DNA of 63,983 nucleotides, the filler included, from an uncultured bacterium (lineage in GTDB: Bacteria > CAYJRR01): the NCBI GenBank assembly GCA_964372275.1. It is 3 parts of 3 records of this genome, joined end to end, with 100 filler letters (N's around TTAATTAATTAA, not from the genome) between each part and the next. Parts side by side here need not be neighbours in the genome. Positions count along the whole stretch, not along the records: positions 25,799 to 51,422 come from CAYJRR010000068.1; 2 more parts are not named here. One strand, given 5' to 3'. Shown piece after piece: positions 38,827-48,699 of this stretch; the first letter of the stretch is position 1; every line of letters starts with the position of its first letter. The notes beneath the pieces are model-generated. The model worked only from the letters and a program-made list of their open reading frames with translations. It was not told the DNA's origin and did no database searches. The position numbers and the translations under genes were made by a program.

Positions 38827-40877
38827 ATGGGCCGTCGACGCCGGAACCACTGCGCGCGACCGATTCGAGCGACGGCCGTCCTCGCCGGCGTCGCGGCCGC
38901 CGCCGGGATGACGTTGCTCGTCGGGCGCGCGCTCGCCGAGGACTCCGCCGACGACGAGGCGGCGATGCTCGAGCTGCTCCTCGACGCCAAGGTCGACGTC
39001 GCGACCCGCACGTCGAAGTCGATGCGGGAGACGCCGGCCGTCGTCACGCTCGTCACCCGCGACGAAATCGCCGCGTCCGGCGCGCGCACGCTTGCCGACG
39101 TGCTGATGACCGTCCCCGGCTTCGGCTTCGGCGTCGACGTCGGCCAGGTCGTCGGTGTCGGCTTCCGCGGGAATTGGGGGCACGAGGGGAAGGTGCTGCT
39201 CCGGATCGACGGACTGGAGCTGAACGAGACGCTCTACTCCACGCTCCAGTTCGGCAACCATTTCCCGGTCGACGAAATCGAGCGGGTCGAGATCATCCGC
39301 GGCCCCGGCTCGGTGATCTACGGAGGGTACGCCGAGCTCGCCGTGATCAACGTCGTCTCCCGGAAGGACGCGGGGGGGCGCGGCGGGGGGCAAGCCGCGA
39401 ACACGCGGGGGGGCGCGCCGCCGTAACGCGGCGACAGAACGAAGGAACGTTCGCGCGCCGCGGGGCGTCGGTCGCCTACCGCCACGAAGGGGAGGTCCGC
39501 GCCCGCATCGCCGCCGACCTGTCGCAGGGGAATCGCAGCGATCGGACGTTCACCGACTACGAGGGGAACGCCTACTCCCTTCGCGATCACTCGGAGATCG
39601 TCGCCGCGCAGGTCAACGGCGCCGTCGCCTGGAAGGGGCTCGAAACGCGCTTCCTGTACGACGACTACCGCCTCGAGGTACGGGGCGGCTACGGCGACAA
39701 CTTCGCCGAGACCTATCGCACCGATTTCGTCTCGGGACTGGTCGAGGCGAGTTGGGCCCTTCCGGTCGCGAACGGGGTCACCCTCACGCCGCGGGTCGGC
39801 TGGAAGCGGCAGCTCCCCTGGCGGTCGCTCGATCCCGACCCGACCGGCATCTTCTACGACAAGACCGCGGAGCGCAGCACCGCCGGCCTTCAGGCGGCGT
39901 GGGCGGCGCGCCCGGGGATCGACCTTCTCGGCGGCGTGGAGGCGTTCCTCGACCAGGCCCGGCTCAATTCGCCCCCCATGGGGACCTTTCACACCGACTT
40001 CGGCGGGGAGATGTCGGTCTCGTACCTCAACGTCGCCGGCTTCGCGCAACTCCTCTACGACACTCCGTTCGCGAACGTCTCCGCCGGCGCGCGCTGGGAG
40101 CGGCACAGCCACTTCGGCGAGTCGTTCGTGCCGCGCGCCGCGGTGACCAAGGTCCTGGGCCGGGCCCACGTGAAGCTGCTCGCCAGCCGCGCCTTCCGAT
40201 CGCCGGGCATCGAGAACATCGCCTTGAACGAGTCGATCGAGCCCGAGCGAACGACGGTCCTCGAGGCGGAGGCGGGCCTCCAGCTGTCGGACAGGCTCTA
40301 CGCTACCGCCAACCTCTTCGACCTCACGATCGACGATCCGATCGTCTACGCCTACGACGAGGCGACCGACCAGGACCGCTATCTGAACTTCGACCGCACC
40401 GGCACGCGCGGCGGTGAGCTCGACGTCCGCCTCCGCGCTCCGAAGGCGCACGCCGGGCTGACCGTCTCGGTGTACGACGCCGCGGGACGGAACCGCGTTT
40501 CGCTCTACGAGGTACCGCAGAATCCGAGCGCGCTGCTCGGACTGGCGCCGTTGAAGCTGACCGCGAGCGCCGGTCGGACGCTCGGCCCGGGAGTGGTGGT
40601 CGGCGGGTCGGCGGTGCTGCTGGGGCCCCGTCATGCCGTCCGCCGTGTCGTCGGGGCCGACGATCCCCCGCCCGTGGTGGAGGAGTCGGGTCCGCTGCTG
40701 CTGCTGAACCTGGCCGTCACCGTACCGAACGTCGGGACCAAGGGGCTGGCGGTGACGCTCGCCGCCTACAACCTGCTCGACGCGGGGTACGAGCACCTCC
40801 AGCCGTACGACGGCGGCCACGCGCCGCTTCCGTCCGACGGGCGGGAGTTGCTGGCGAAGGCGAGCTGGTCGTTCTGA
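38827..40877 (+). pseudogene. TonB-dependent receptor, frameshifted in the poly-G region 39368-39426
   Basis: Plug domain (ETPAVVTLVT, IERVEIIRGPGSVIYG...VINVV) in one frame; barrel ending ASWSF in another. Confidence 0.85.
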
Positions 40878-40922
40878 GCGGTTCGCCCTTCGGGCTTGCC
40901 CGCGAACCCCCGGACCCCTCGG

Positions 40923-43202
40923 TCACGGCACGGTGGCCTGGACGATGCGGTCGCCGATCGTGAGCCGCTCGACGACCTCCATCCCGCGAACGACCTTGCC
41001 GATCACCGTGTAGTTCGCCTCGAGGTGCGGCTGGGGGGTGAGCGTGACGAACAGCTGCGATCCACCCGTGTCGCGTCCCGACAGCGCCATCCCGACGGTG
41101 CCGCGCTCATAGGGAAGGTCGGAGAGCTCGCAAGGGACGAACCGGCCCGGACCGCCCCATCCATCCCCGCGCGGATCGCCCCCCTGGGTGACGAACCCCG
41201 GCACGACCCGGTGGATCGCCAGACCGTCGTAGAAGCCCCGTTTGGTCAGCGACACCACCTGGCGGACGTTCATCGGCGCCACGTCGGGCCGGAGCTGGAT
41301 GGTGACGTCCCCCTTCTCGGTCCGGACGGTCACGCGCGACTGGTCGGCGGCGGCCAGCCATTCCGCCTCGGTCGGACTGTCGGCCGGCGGCTCGGCGCGC
41401 GCGGGCGGGACGCGCCCCAACTCGCGAAGCGCCTTCGCCGCGGCGAGCATCAGGCCGTTGGCCGGCGATTGCGCCGCCCGCTCCAGCGACGGGACCGCGC
41501 GCTCCTTGGCGATCGCCGCCGCCGGAGCGACGAGGCCGGCGGCGCGATCGGGCGCCGAGGCGATCGAGCGATCGAGCGTCGCCACCAACGCCGGCGCGGC
41601 CTCCGCGCCGGCGTCGTCTCCCAGCGCCGCCAGCCGCTCCGCCGCGGCGCCGACGATCGCGTCGTCGTCGGTTCCCAACGCCACGACCAGGCGGGCGCGC
41701 GCCGCGATCCCGGCCAGTCCGGCGTAGCTGTCGAGCGCCGCGGCGCGGACGCGCGCGTCTTCGTCGTCCAGCAGGGCGCGGAACAAGGCGCGCGACTCGA
41801 CCGGCACGACGCTCGCCACCTCGTCCGCAGGCGTCTTCGGATCGGGCTTCACCCCCGCCTGCGGCGCGAGCGATGCGAGCGCCTCCACGATCGACCGTCG
41901 CGCGCGCCACTGGTCGGCGCCGGCGCGCTCGGCGACCGACTGCTCCAGGTCGGGCAGCGCCGACGTCCCGGCCACCTTCACCAGCGCCGTCACCACCGCC
42001 GCGAAGACGTACGGGTCGTCGCTCCCGAGCCGGGCCCGGATCGGCTCGAACGTGGCGCGCATCCGGAGCTCGCCGAGCGATTCGAGCGCCGCCACCGCGG
42101 CGTGGGGCGATGCCTCGGCCGTCTCCCGCCCTTGCAGCGGATCGCTCTCCTCGAGCAGCTCGACCAACGAGAGAGCCGCGGTCGCGTCGGCGTCGGCCAG
42201 CTTTCCCAGGGCGCGCGCCCCCTCCACGCGCGAGACGAGACTGGTGTCGTGCAGCAGCCGGACGACTTCGCGGCGGGCGTGCGCGCCGGGCACCGCGGCC
42301 AGGCCGCGGGCGCAGTAGGCGCGGACGCGCGGATGCGGATCGGTGAGCCCCTGGCGCAGTTCGGCGGTGGTGGAAACCTGCCGCAGCCGCCACAGCGCGT
42401 AGGCGGCCGAGACGCGCGACTCGCCCGCGGTGGCGGCGAACCGCTCGCGAAGAGCGGCGAGCGTGGCCGGCGGCAGCGCCGCCTCGGTTCCCGCGCGCTC
42501 GCAGCGAAGCCCATACACGCCGAGCGCGAGCGCCGCCGCGTCGGCGAGCTCCGGATCCGACAGCGACCGGCCGAGAAGCTCCAGTTCCTCCGAAGCCGCA
42601 CCGGGCGGCGCGGGGGCGGCCGGACCGGCGGAGCCCTTCACCTCTCCGTCGCGTTTCGCCGGACCGGCGGAGGCGCCCGCATCGCCCGCGGGCTTCGGAG
42701 GCAGAGCCGCCATCCGCCCGGCGGCGCGAAGCCAGCGGCGCCGGACCTCCGGATCGCGTTCGGCGTCGAAGCGCGCCGCCAACCACCGTTCCGACGGCGT
42801 CCCGATCAGCCCGATCGCGAAGGCGACGGCGCCGCGGACGTCGGGATCCGGATCGTCGGCGCGCGTCCGCAGGAGCAGCACGAACTCCGCCGGATCGCCG
42901 CCGGCAAACCGGTGCGCCTCGCCGGCGCGACCGAGCGCGAGCGCGGCCGCGGACCGCACCCCCGGATCGGCGTCGGCGATCCACCGCTCGAATCCCGCCG
43001 CCGCCGACGGCCGCGCGATCTCGAGCGTCGAGATCTGCCACAACGCGCGATTGCGTGCCTGCTGGACCGGATCGGGCGGTGGTTCGGGCGGGTCCTCCGC
43101 GACGCCGATCCGCGCCCAGCGGTCGTTGTGGAGCGGCAGGCAGCCGCCGGCCAGCGCCGACGCGGCGAGAAGGACCGGGACGAAACGAAGCGGCGGGCGC
43201 AA
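40923..43202 (-). CDS. HEAT-repeat lipoprotein with C-terminal cyclophilin-type PPIase
   Basis: Lipobox LAGGC; many DPD..VR.A.A.ALG repeats; FYDGL.IHRVVPGFVTQGGDP, GSQLFVT. Confidence 0.92.
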   Translation of the reverse strand: MRPPLRFVPVLLAASALAGGCLPLHNDRWARIGVAEDPPEPPPDPVQQARNRALWQISTLEIARPSAAAGFERWIADADPGVRSAAALALGRAGEAHRFAGGDPAEFVLLLRTRADDPDPDVRGAVAFAIGLIGTPSERWLAARFDAERDPEVRRRWLRAAGRMAALPPKPAGDAGASAGPAKRDGEVKGSAGPAAPAPPGAASEELELLGRSLSDPELADAAALALGVYGLRCERAGTEAALPPATLAALRERFAATAGESRVSAAYALWRLRQVSTTAELRQGLTDPHPRVRAYCARGLAAVPGAHARREVVRLLHDTSLVSRVEGARALGKLADADATAALSLVELLEESDPLQGRETAEASPHAAVAALESLGELRMRATFEPIRARLGSDDPYVFAAVVTALVKVAGTSALPDLEQSVAERAGADQWRARRSIVEALASLAPQAGVKPDPKTPADEVASVVPVESRALFRALLDDEDARVRAAALDSYAGLAGIAARARLVVALGTDDDAIVGAAAERLAALGDDAGAEAAPALVATLDRSIASAPDRAAGLVAPAAAIAKERAVPSLERAAQSPANGLMLAAAKALRELGRVPPARAEPPADSPTEAEWLAAADQSRVTVRTEKGDVTIQLRPDVAPMNVRQVVSLTKRGFYDGLAIHRVVPGFVTQGGDPRGDGWGGPGRFVPCELSDLPYERGTVGMALSGRDTGGSQLFVTLTPQPHLEANYTVIGKVVRGMEVVERLTIGDRIVQATVP

Positions 43203-43264
43203 GCGACCGGATCATAGGCCGCCCGCGCCCGCCGCGGAAGGAGGACCCCCGGAAAGTCCCGAGT

Positions 43265-43310
43265 CGGTCCGCCCTTCGGGCTCCTTCGGGGCCTCCCCGT
43301 GCCCCTCACC
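43265..43310 (+). repeat. ~46-bp repeat immediately downstream of glnA
   Basis: CGGTCCGCCCTTCGGGCTCCTTCGGGGCCTCCCCGTGCCCCTCACC; inverted near-identical copy at 44754-44800, partial copy at 40879-40897. Confidence 0.85.
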
Positions 43311-43323
43311 GATGCTTCGATCC

Positions 43324-44736
43324 TCAGATGTCGAAGTAGAGCTGGAACTCCAGCGGCGTCGGACGCATCCGAACCGCGTCGAGCTCCTTCTTCGTCTTGT
43401 ACTCGATCCACGTCTCGATCACGTCGGCGGTGAAGACGTCCCCCTTGAGGAGGAACTTGTGGTCGCGATGGAGCGCGTGCAGCGCCTCTTCCAGCGATCC
43501 CGGGGCCGAGGGGATGTCCTTCAGCTCCTCCGGGGCGAGGCTGTAGATGTCCTTCTCCATCGGCGAGCCGGGGTTGGTCTTCCGCTCGATGCCGTCGACG
43601 CCGGCCATCATCATCGCCGAGAAGGCGAGATACGGGTTGCAGGACGGGTCGGGCGTGCGGAACTCGATCCGCCGCGCCTTCGGGCTGGCCGATGCGACCG
43701 GGATCCGCACCGACGCCGAACGGTTGCGGTTCGAGTAGGCGAGGTTGACCGGCGCCTCGTAGCCCGGCACCAGGCGGCGGTAGCTGTTGGTGGTCGGATT
43801 GGTGATCCCGCACAGCGCCGGGGCGTGGCCGAGGATCCCGCCGATGTAGTGGAGCGCCAGCTCCGACAGGCCGCCGTACTGTTCGCCGGCGAACAGCGGC
43901 TTGTCCCCTTTCCAGAGGCTCTGGTGACAGTGCATCCCCGAGCCGTTGTCGCCGTAGAGCGGCTTCGGCATGAAGGTCGCCGTCTTGCCGTGGCGGCGGG
44001 CGACGTTCTTGACGATGTACTTGAACCACATCAGCCGGTCGGCCTGCTGCACCAGCGTGCCGTTCTTCATCCCGATCTCGCACTGGCCGGCGGTCGCCAC
44101 CTCGTGGTGGTGCACCTCGACCTCGATCCCGACCTTCTGCAGCTCGAGCGCGATCTCGGTGCGGATGTCCATCAGCGTGTCGGTCGGCGGGACGGGGAAG
44201 TAGCCCTCCTTGTGCCGCGGCTTGTAGCCGAGGTTCGGACCCTCGTCGCGGCCGGTGTTCCAGGCCCCTTCCCTCGAGTCGATCTTGTAGAAGGCGTGGT
44301 TCGGCGCCGACTCGTAGCGGATGTCGTCGAAGATGAAGAACTCGGCCTCGGGCCCGAAGTAGCAGGTGTCGGCGATCCCGGTGGAGCGGAGATACTTCTC
44401 CGCCTTGAGCGCGATCCCGCGCGGATCACGGCTGTAGGGCTCCTTGGTGATCGGATCGAAGACGTTGCAGATGAGCGAAAGCGTCGGAACCGCCGTGAAC
44501 GGGTCGATCACCGCCGTCGACGGATCGGGGATGATCAGCATGTCGGAGGCGTTGATCGGCTGCCAGCCGCGGATCGAGGAGCCGTCGAAGCCGAACCCCT
44601 TCTCGAAGGAGTCGAGCTCGAGCTGCTTGATCGGGTAGGTGATGTGCTGCCAGACGCCGGGAAAGTCGATGAACTTCATGTCGACCATCTCGGCCTTCCG
44701 CTCTTTCGCCAGCGTCAGCACGTCTTTCGGCGTCAT
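43324..44736 (-). CDS. glnA: Type I glutamine synthetase
   Basis: [39 protein letters not shown], adenylylation loop KDIY. Confidence 0.98.
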   Translation of the reverse strand: MTPKDVLTLAKERKAEMVDMKFIDFPGVWQHITYPIKQLELDSFEKGFGFDGSSIRGWQPINASDMLIIPDPSTAVIDPFTAVPTLSLICNVFDPITKEPYSRDPRGIALKAEKYLRSTGIADTCYFGPEAEFFIFDDIRYESAPNHAFYKIDSREGAWNTGRDEGPNLGYKPRHKEGYFPVPPTDTLMDIRTEIALELQKVGIEVEVHHHEVATAGQCEIGMKNGTLVQQADRLMWFKYIVKNVARRHGKTATFMPKPLYGDNGSGMHCHQSLWKGDKPLFAGEQYGGLSELALHYIGGILGHAPALCGITNPTTNSYRRLVPGYEAPVNLAYSNRNRSASVRIPVASASPKARRIEFRTPDPSCNPYLAFSAMMMAGVDGIERKTNPGSPMEKDIYSLAPEELKDIPSAPGSLEEALHALHRDHKFLLKGDVFTADVIETWIEYKTKKELDAVRMRPTPLEFQLYFDI

Positions 44737-44753
44737 CGTTCGCGCTCCTTTCC

Positions 44754-44800
44754 GGTGGAGGGGTGCGGGGAGTCCCCGAAGAAGCCCGAAGGGCGGACCG
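44754..44800 (-). repeat. ~47-bp repeat in the glnA 5' leader, inverted relative to 43265-43310
   Basis: Reverse complement reads CGGTCCGCCCTTCGGGCTTCTTCGGGGACTCCCCGCACCCCTCCACC, abutting the GGAAAGGAG SD. Confidence 0.85.
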
Positions 44801-45289
44801 TTAGGGACCCGAGAAAACCGTGCTCCTCTTATCCCCGACGCCCCCGGCCGGCAAGCCCTGAACGGGCGCTCGCGAGGGCGCGTGGCGCGCGTGGGAGCGC
44901 AAGGCGCGACGGGGTCCCGACGCGAATTGTGGATAACTCGGCGCGTGCGCTGGATTCAGCCCGGCGGAGCGAGGGGTTGCGCGAACGGGGGAAAGGGGAA
45001 AAACACGGAGACACGGAGAACACGGAGAGGACGACGAGCTCCGAGCGCCTCCTCCGGACCGGTCCGCCTCAGGGGCTCCGCCTTTGGTGTGGCTTGACCC
45101 AGTGCGTGTTTACAAGGACGGGAGGCGCCGTGGCACTCGGTTCCATCAAGCGACTGCGGGGAAGGCTCGGCGGCGCTTCGCGCCACCTCGCATGGCCGTC
45201 CGCGTTCGAGGAGAGCGGCCGAGGCGGGTTGAGACCACGGAGGAGCCCACGGATCGCCGAAATCCACGGGCGCCCTGATCGCATGTCGA

Positions 45290-45516
45290 CGCTCACAACG
45301 TTATTTGCGTCGATCGTAGCGAGCCCCTCTCTTGATTCCCTCGAGCCGTATTGAATCCTGTCGATACCTCGCAAGTCCGCTGGAACCTCCTTGTACGAAT
45401 AGGCTACGAAAACCTGGCGGCGTTTCCGGCCCGAATCAGGTAGGCCCCGGAGCAATGATTGACTCGGTTTCGAAGGCGGCCGGCTCAACTACCGCGTTTG
45501 TTGCAGAAGTTGCCAT
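45290..45516 (-). pseudogene. Lower-GC remnant of a TIR/nucleoside-deoxyribosyltransferase-like gene
   Basis: RQVFVAYSYK joined directly to EVPADLRGIDRIQY; frameshifted 5' end. Confidence 0.45.
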
Positions 45517-45717
45517 TGTGCGTTCTGTGATTTGCACAGACGTGGAAGTACGTCGCCCCCCAATCTAAGAAGCTGGATTAGCTGACCCGACCCAGGAAAT
45601 TCGCTCTGTGCCCTTTCCGTGGGCTCCAATCGCCTCCGTGCCTCTCTCGACGCGAAGGCGTTTGCGAGGCGCGCGGGACGCGCGCCGAGCCGTGCCGCGA
45701 TAAGCCCCTCTTCCCGG

Positions 45718-46104
45718 TCAGACGACGCGCCGAACGATCCCGTCCGCCAGCCTAGCCACGTTGAAGTTGATCAGCAATCCAACCGGAATCCCCGATAGCC
45801 GCAGATACGTCAGCAGCTGTGCCTCGTGCACGGCCAGCGTCCGCTCCACGGCCTTGAGTTCGACGATCACCTATTCCTCGACCACGAAGTCCGCGACGAA
45901 TTCGCTCGCGAGCCCGATTCCGTCGTAGTGAACCTCGATCGAAACCTTCTCTTGGAAAGGAATGGAGTCCTTGGCCAGCTCGTAGGCCAGGCAGCGCTGA
46001 TACACCGACTCCAGAAGCCCTGGACCGAGCGCGCGGTGGACCGCGATCGCGGCTCCGATCACCCTCCGAGTGACCTCGTCATGCAGAAGGATGAGCGGCT
46101 TCAC
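45718..46104 (-). pseudogene. GxxExxY protein (PD-(D/E)XK-like) with in-frame TAG at 45871-45873
   Basis: VHRALGPGLLESVY...ADFVVEE*VIVELKAVE...HEAQLLTYLRLSG..VGLLINF. Confidence 0.92.
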
Positions 46105-46373
46105 TCGCGTACCCTCGGTGTCTCCGTGTTGAAGAGCCGTTCCAGCTCCCGCGCCATCGCGTCGGCAGCTGCCGGGGACTTTCGCAGCGGGAGACACAAT
46201 TCGACGGTCACCACGTCTCCTTCACCGATACCGGGGGCGAGCGAGCGCGGAATGTTGATCGACGCGCCGCCGGGCCATTCGAGGATGACGAACTCGTCTT
46301 CGATGCGGTCGACCACGGCCACGACGATCGGGGGTCGCGCGGGTGGCGGTGCAGCGGCGGAGAGGAGGCACAC
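46101..46373 (-). CDS. DUF3006-like small protein
   Basis: VVDRIEDEFVILE...IPRSLAPGIGEGDVV. Confidence 0.7.
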   Translation of the reverse strand: MCLLSAAAPPPARPPIVVAVVDRIEDEFVILEWPGGASINIPRSLAPGIGEGDVVTVELCLPLRKSPAAADAMARELERLFNTETPRVRE

Positions 46374-46539
46374 GACGCGCGACGAAGCATCCCGCGGGCC
46401 TCGTCAGCGAAGCGAGTGGTGAAAACGCCGAACGACGCGATCGGCCGGCGCTCGGCGCCGCCGGGCCGCCCGCGACGACCGGCCGTCGATGGCTCACCGT
46501 GACGGTTCCGTGGACCCAGCCGGACGGGAGCCGGACATC

Positions 46540-48696
46540 CTACTCCACGAACCGGACGTCGAGGAACGAGATCTGGACGCCGGGGTTGTCCTGGAAGAAG
46601 CTCTCCAGCTTCTCGGCTCCGATCCGGAACAGCCGCCCGGACTGTACCACCCGGGCGCTGGTGCCGTGCGGTTCGCCGGCGCGGACCGCGGCGAAGTCGC
46701 CGAGGAACGCCCCCGCCTGGAACGGCTCGGTGGTGCCGATGCCGTCGAGCTCCACCTCCGCGTCGTCGACCAGGTACGCCGCGCCCGGCCGGTCCCCCTT
46801 CCGCCACAGCACGTCGCCGACCGCGGCGTTGACGATCTCGAAGCAGCTCTGGAGCTGGGTCTTCTGCGCGCTCGACAGGGCGCTCAAGACCGAGTTCTGC
46901 TCGATTGCCGCCCACGACCGCTCGGCCCGCATCCGCGCCAGGTGGATCAGCCGCTCGGGGATGTCGGTCCCGCGCAGAAGGTAGAGGAAGTCGGCGCGTT
47001 CGAGGGCCAACAGCTCGACGTTGGTGCGGGCGTAGGCGTCGGCGTTGCGCGGCTCGTCGAGCAGAAGCGCCGCCTCCCCGAAGTAGTCCCCCGCCTGGTA
47101 GGTCTTGACCTCGACCTCGTCCTGGCGGATCGAGACCAGCCCCGAGACGATGACGTAGAAGGTGTGGCCCGGCGTCCCCTTCTCGATGATGCGCGATCCC
47201 TTCGGAAACCGCTCGTAGCGCGCCAGCTGCAGCACCTCGCGCGCCTTCGACACCGGGAAGTCGCGGAACAGGTCGACGAGGCAGAAGGCGTCGAGCATCG
47301 CGATCGCGTCGGCGTTGGCCGGCGGCTCGACCGGGATGCGGTGGGTGAAGCCGAGCCCCACCATCGCCACCTTGAGGCCCGTCTCCCGCGGCACGTTCTT
47401 GCGCGTGGTATGGACGAGGTAGAGGTTCTCCTTCATCGCCGGAGGCAGCGCCGCAAGCGCCGAGACCGGCGTGTGCAGCGGCGGCACCCCGGCCTCGTGC
47501 ATCACCAGACTGTTGCGCCACGGGAAACCGAGCAGCTCCTGCGCCCGCGCGGAACCGATGATCTTCCGCTTGTGGATGTCCATGATCCGCTCGGGGTCGT
47601 AGAGCGTATCGGAGGAGAAGGCGAGCGTCTTGCCGCCGAAGAACGCCTCGAAGGCGATCGTCGGGATGGAGTGCAGCGCGTAGAAGAAGCGGATCTCGCC
47701 GCCGTGGACCCGCACCGGCTCCCCGATCTTCACCGGCTGGAAGGTGAACGTGCGCCGAAGCTGCTCTTCGCCGATGCCGGAGAGGGCGGAGTACTTGCGG
47801 AGGAACGAGCCGAGGATCGTCGGCGTGGTGTAGAGGTTGACCCGGCCCTCCTCGAGGATCTTCTGGAAGGAGCCGGAGTCGTGGTCGGCATGGCAGTGGG
47901 TGAGGATCACCCCGTCGATCAGCTTCGACGGGACGCGCTCCTTCAGGTCGGCGGTGGAGTCGACCGGCGGATCGACGAACAGGCCGCGGCCGCCGATCCA
48001 GAGGATGAAGCCGGTCGTCTTCCCCGACGGGTCGAAGCCGTGGCTCGAGCCGAGCACGGTCAGTCCGAACGCGGGCGGGGCGAACGGGACGGTCGCGGTC
48101 AGCTCGTCGGACTCCTCCGGCGGGGGAAGGTCGATCCGCTCCGGGATGTTCGCGACGACGTCACGGCCCTCGCGGACCGCGTGCCCGCCCGAGCCCAGGC
48201 GCTCGACCTGGACGCCGCCCCCCAGCGTCACCGATTCGCCGGGGCCCAGCACCACGAACTCCACCAGTTCGTCGATCTCCAGGCGCCGTCCGCCCTGGCC
48301 CTTGCGAAAGTACTCCCCTTCGAGCGCGAAGTTCGGACGCGCGTCGACGGGATAGTCCGGCGCGAACTCCTCCGCCTGGGAGGCGATCGAGGGGCCGAAG
48401 ACCGACTGCTCGAGGATGGTGCGGATCGCGCGCTCGTGCTCCGGCGTGGGGACGATCAGCTTGGTGCGGCGATTGAGTATGAAATAGTTGTAGTAGGAGG
48501 GGAACTCGATCTCGGCGACGTTCACCCCGCGCTGCCGGTGGAACATCGTCGCCGGCACCACGAAGATCACCGGGACCTCGAGCCCGAGGGTCATCGAGTC
48601 CTTGATCGTCTCCGGCGGGATCCCGAACTGGACCGGCCCCGCCGACGTGCGGACGTAGGTGCCGCCTCGTGGAAGCGGGACGACGCGATCGGCCAA
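46540..48696 (-). CDS. Metallo-beta-lactamase-fold cyclic-nucleotide phosphodiesterase-like protein with two cNMP-binding domains
   Basis: QFGIPPETIKD, LGSSHGFD, THCHADHD, HSIP; GDYFGE...PRNA and GAFLGD cNMP motifs. Confidence 0.88.
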   Translation of the reverse strand: MADRVVPLPRGGTYVRTSAGPVQFGIPPETIKDSMTLGLEVPVIFVVPATMFHRQRGVNVAEIEFPSYYNYFILNRRTKLIVPTPEHERAIRTILEQSVFGPSIASQAEEFAPDYPVDARPNFALEGEYFRKGQGGRRLEIDELVEFVVLGPGESVTLGGGVQVERLGSGGHAVREGRDVVANIPERIDLPPPEESDELTATVPFAPPAFGLTVLGSSHGFDPSGKTTGFILWIGGRGLFVDPPVDSTADLKERVPSKLIDGVILTHCHADHDSGSFQKILEEGRVNLYTTPTILGSFLRKYSALSGIGEEQLRRTFTFQPVKIGEPVRVHGGEIRFFYALHSIPTIAFEAFFGGKTLAFSSDTLYDPERIMDIHKRKIIGSARAQELLGFPWRNSLVMHEAGVPPLHTPVSALAALPPAMKENLYLVHTTRKNVPRETGLKVAMVGLGFTHRIPVEPPANADAIAMLDAFCLVDLFRDFPVSKAREVLQLARYERFPKGSRIIEKGTPGHTFYVIVSGLVSIRQDEVEVKTYQAGDYFGEAALLLDEPRNADAYARTNVELLALERADFLYLLRGTDIPERLIHLARMRAERSWAAIEQNSVLSALSSAQKTQLQSCFEIVNAAVGDVLWRKGDRPGAAYLVDDAEVELDGIGTTEPFQAGAFLGDFAAVRAGEPHGTSARVVQSGRLFRIGAEKLESFFQDNPGVQISFLDVRFVE

Positions 48697-48699
48697 GGC

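Larger units (their letters stand above)
45002..46130. mobile_element. Putative repeat-bounded GxxExxY cassette
   Basis: 17-bp terminal inverted repeats AACACGGAGACAC(G/C)GAG (16/17 identical); degenerate internal copies at 45604-45645. Confidence 0.45.

Noticed and set aside
44737..44900. Sigma54 promoter or glnA riboswitch upstream of glnA
   Set aside because: No TGGCAC-N5-TTGC motif found, and I could not match the known glutamine riboswitch consensus by eye.
44928..44936. Replication origin
   Set aside because: Only one DnaA box, no AT-rich unwinding element and no dnaA/dnaN/gidA context.
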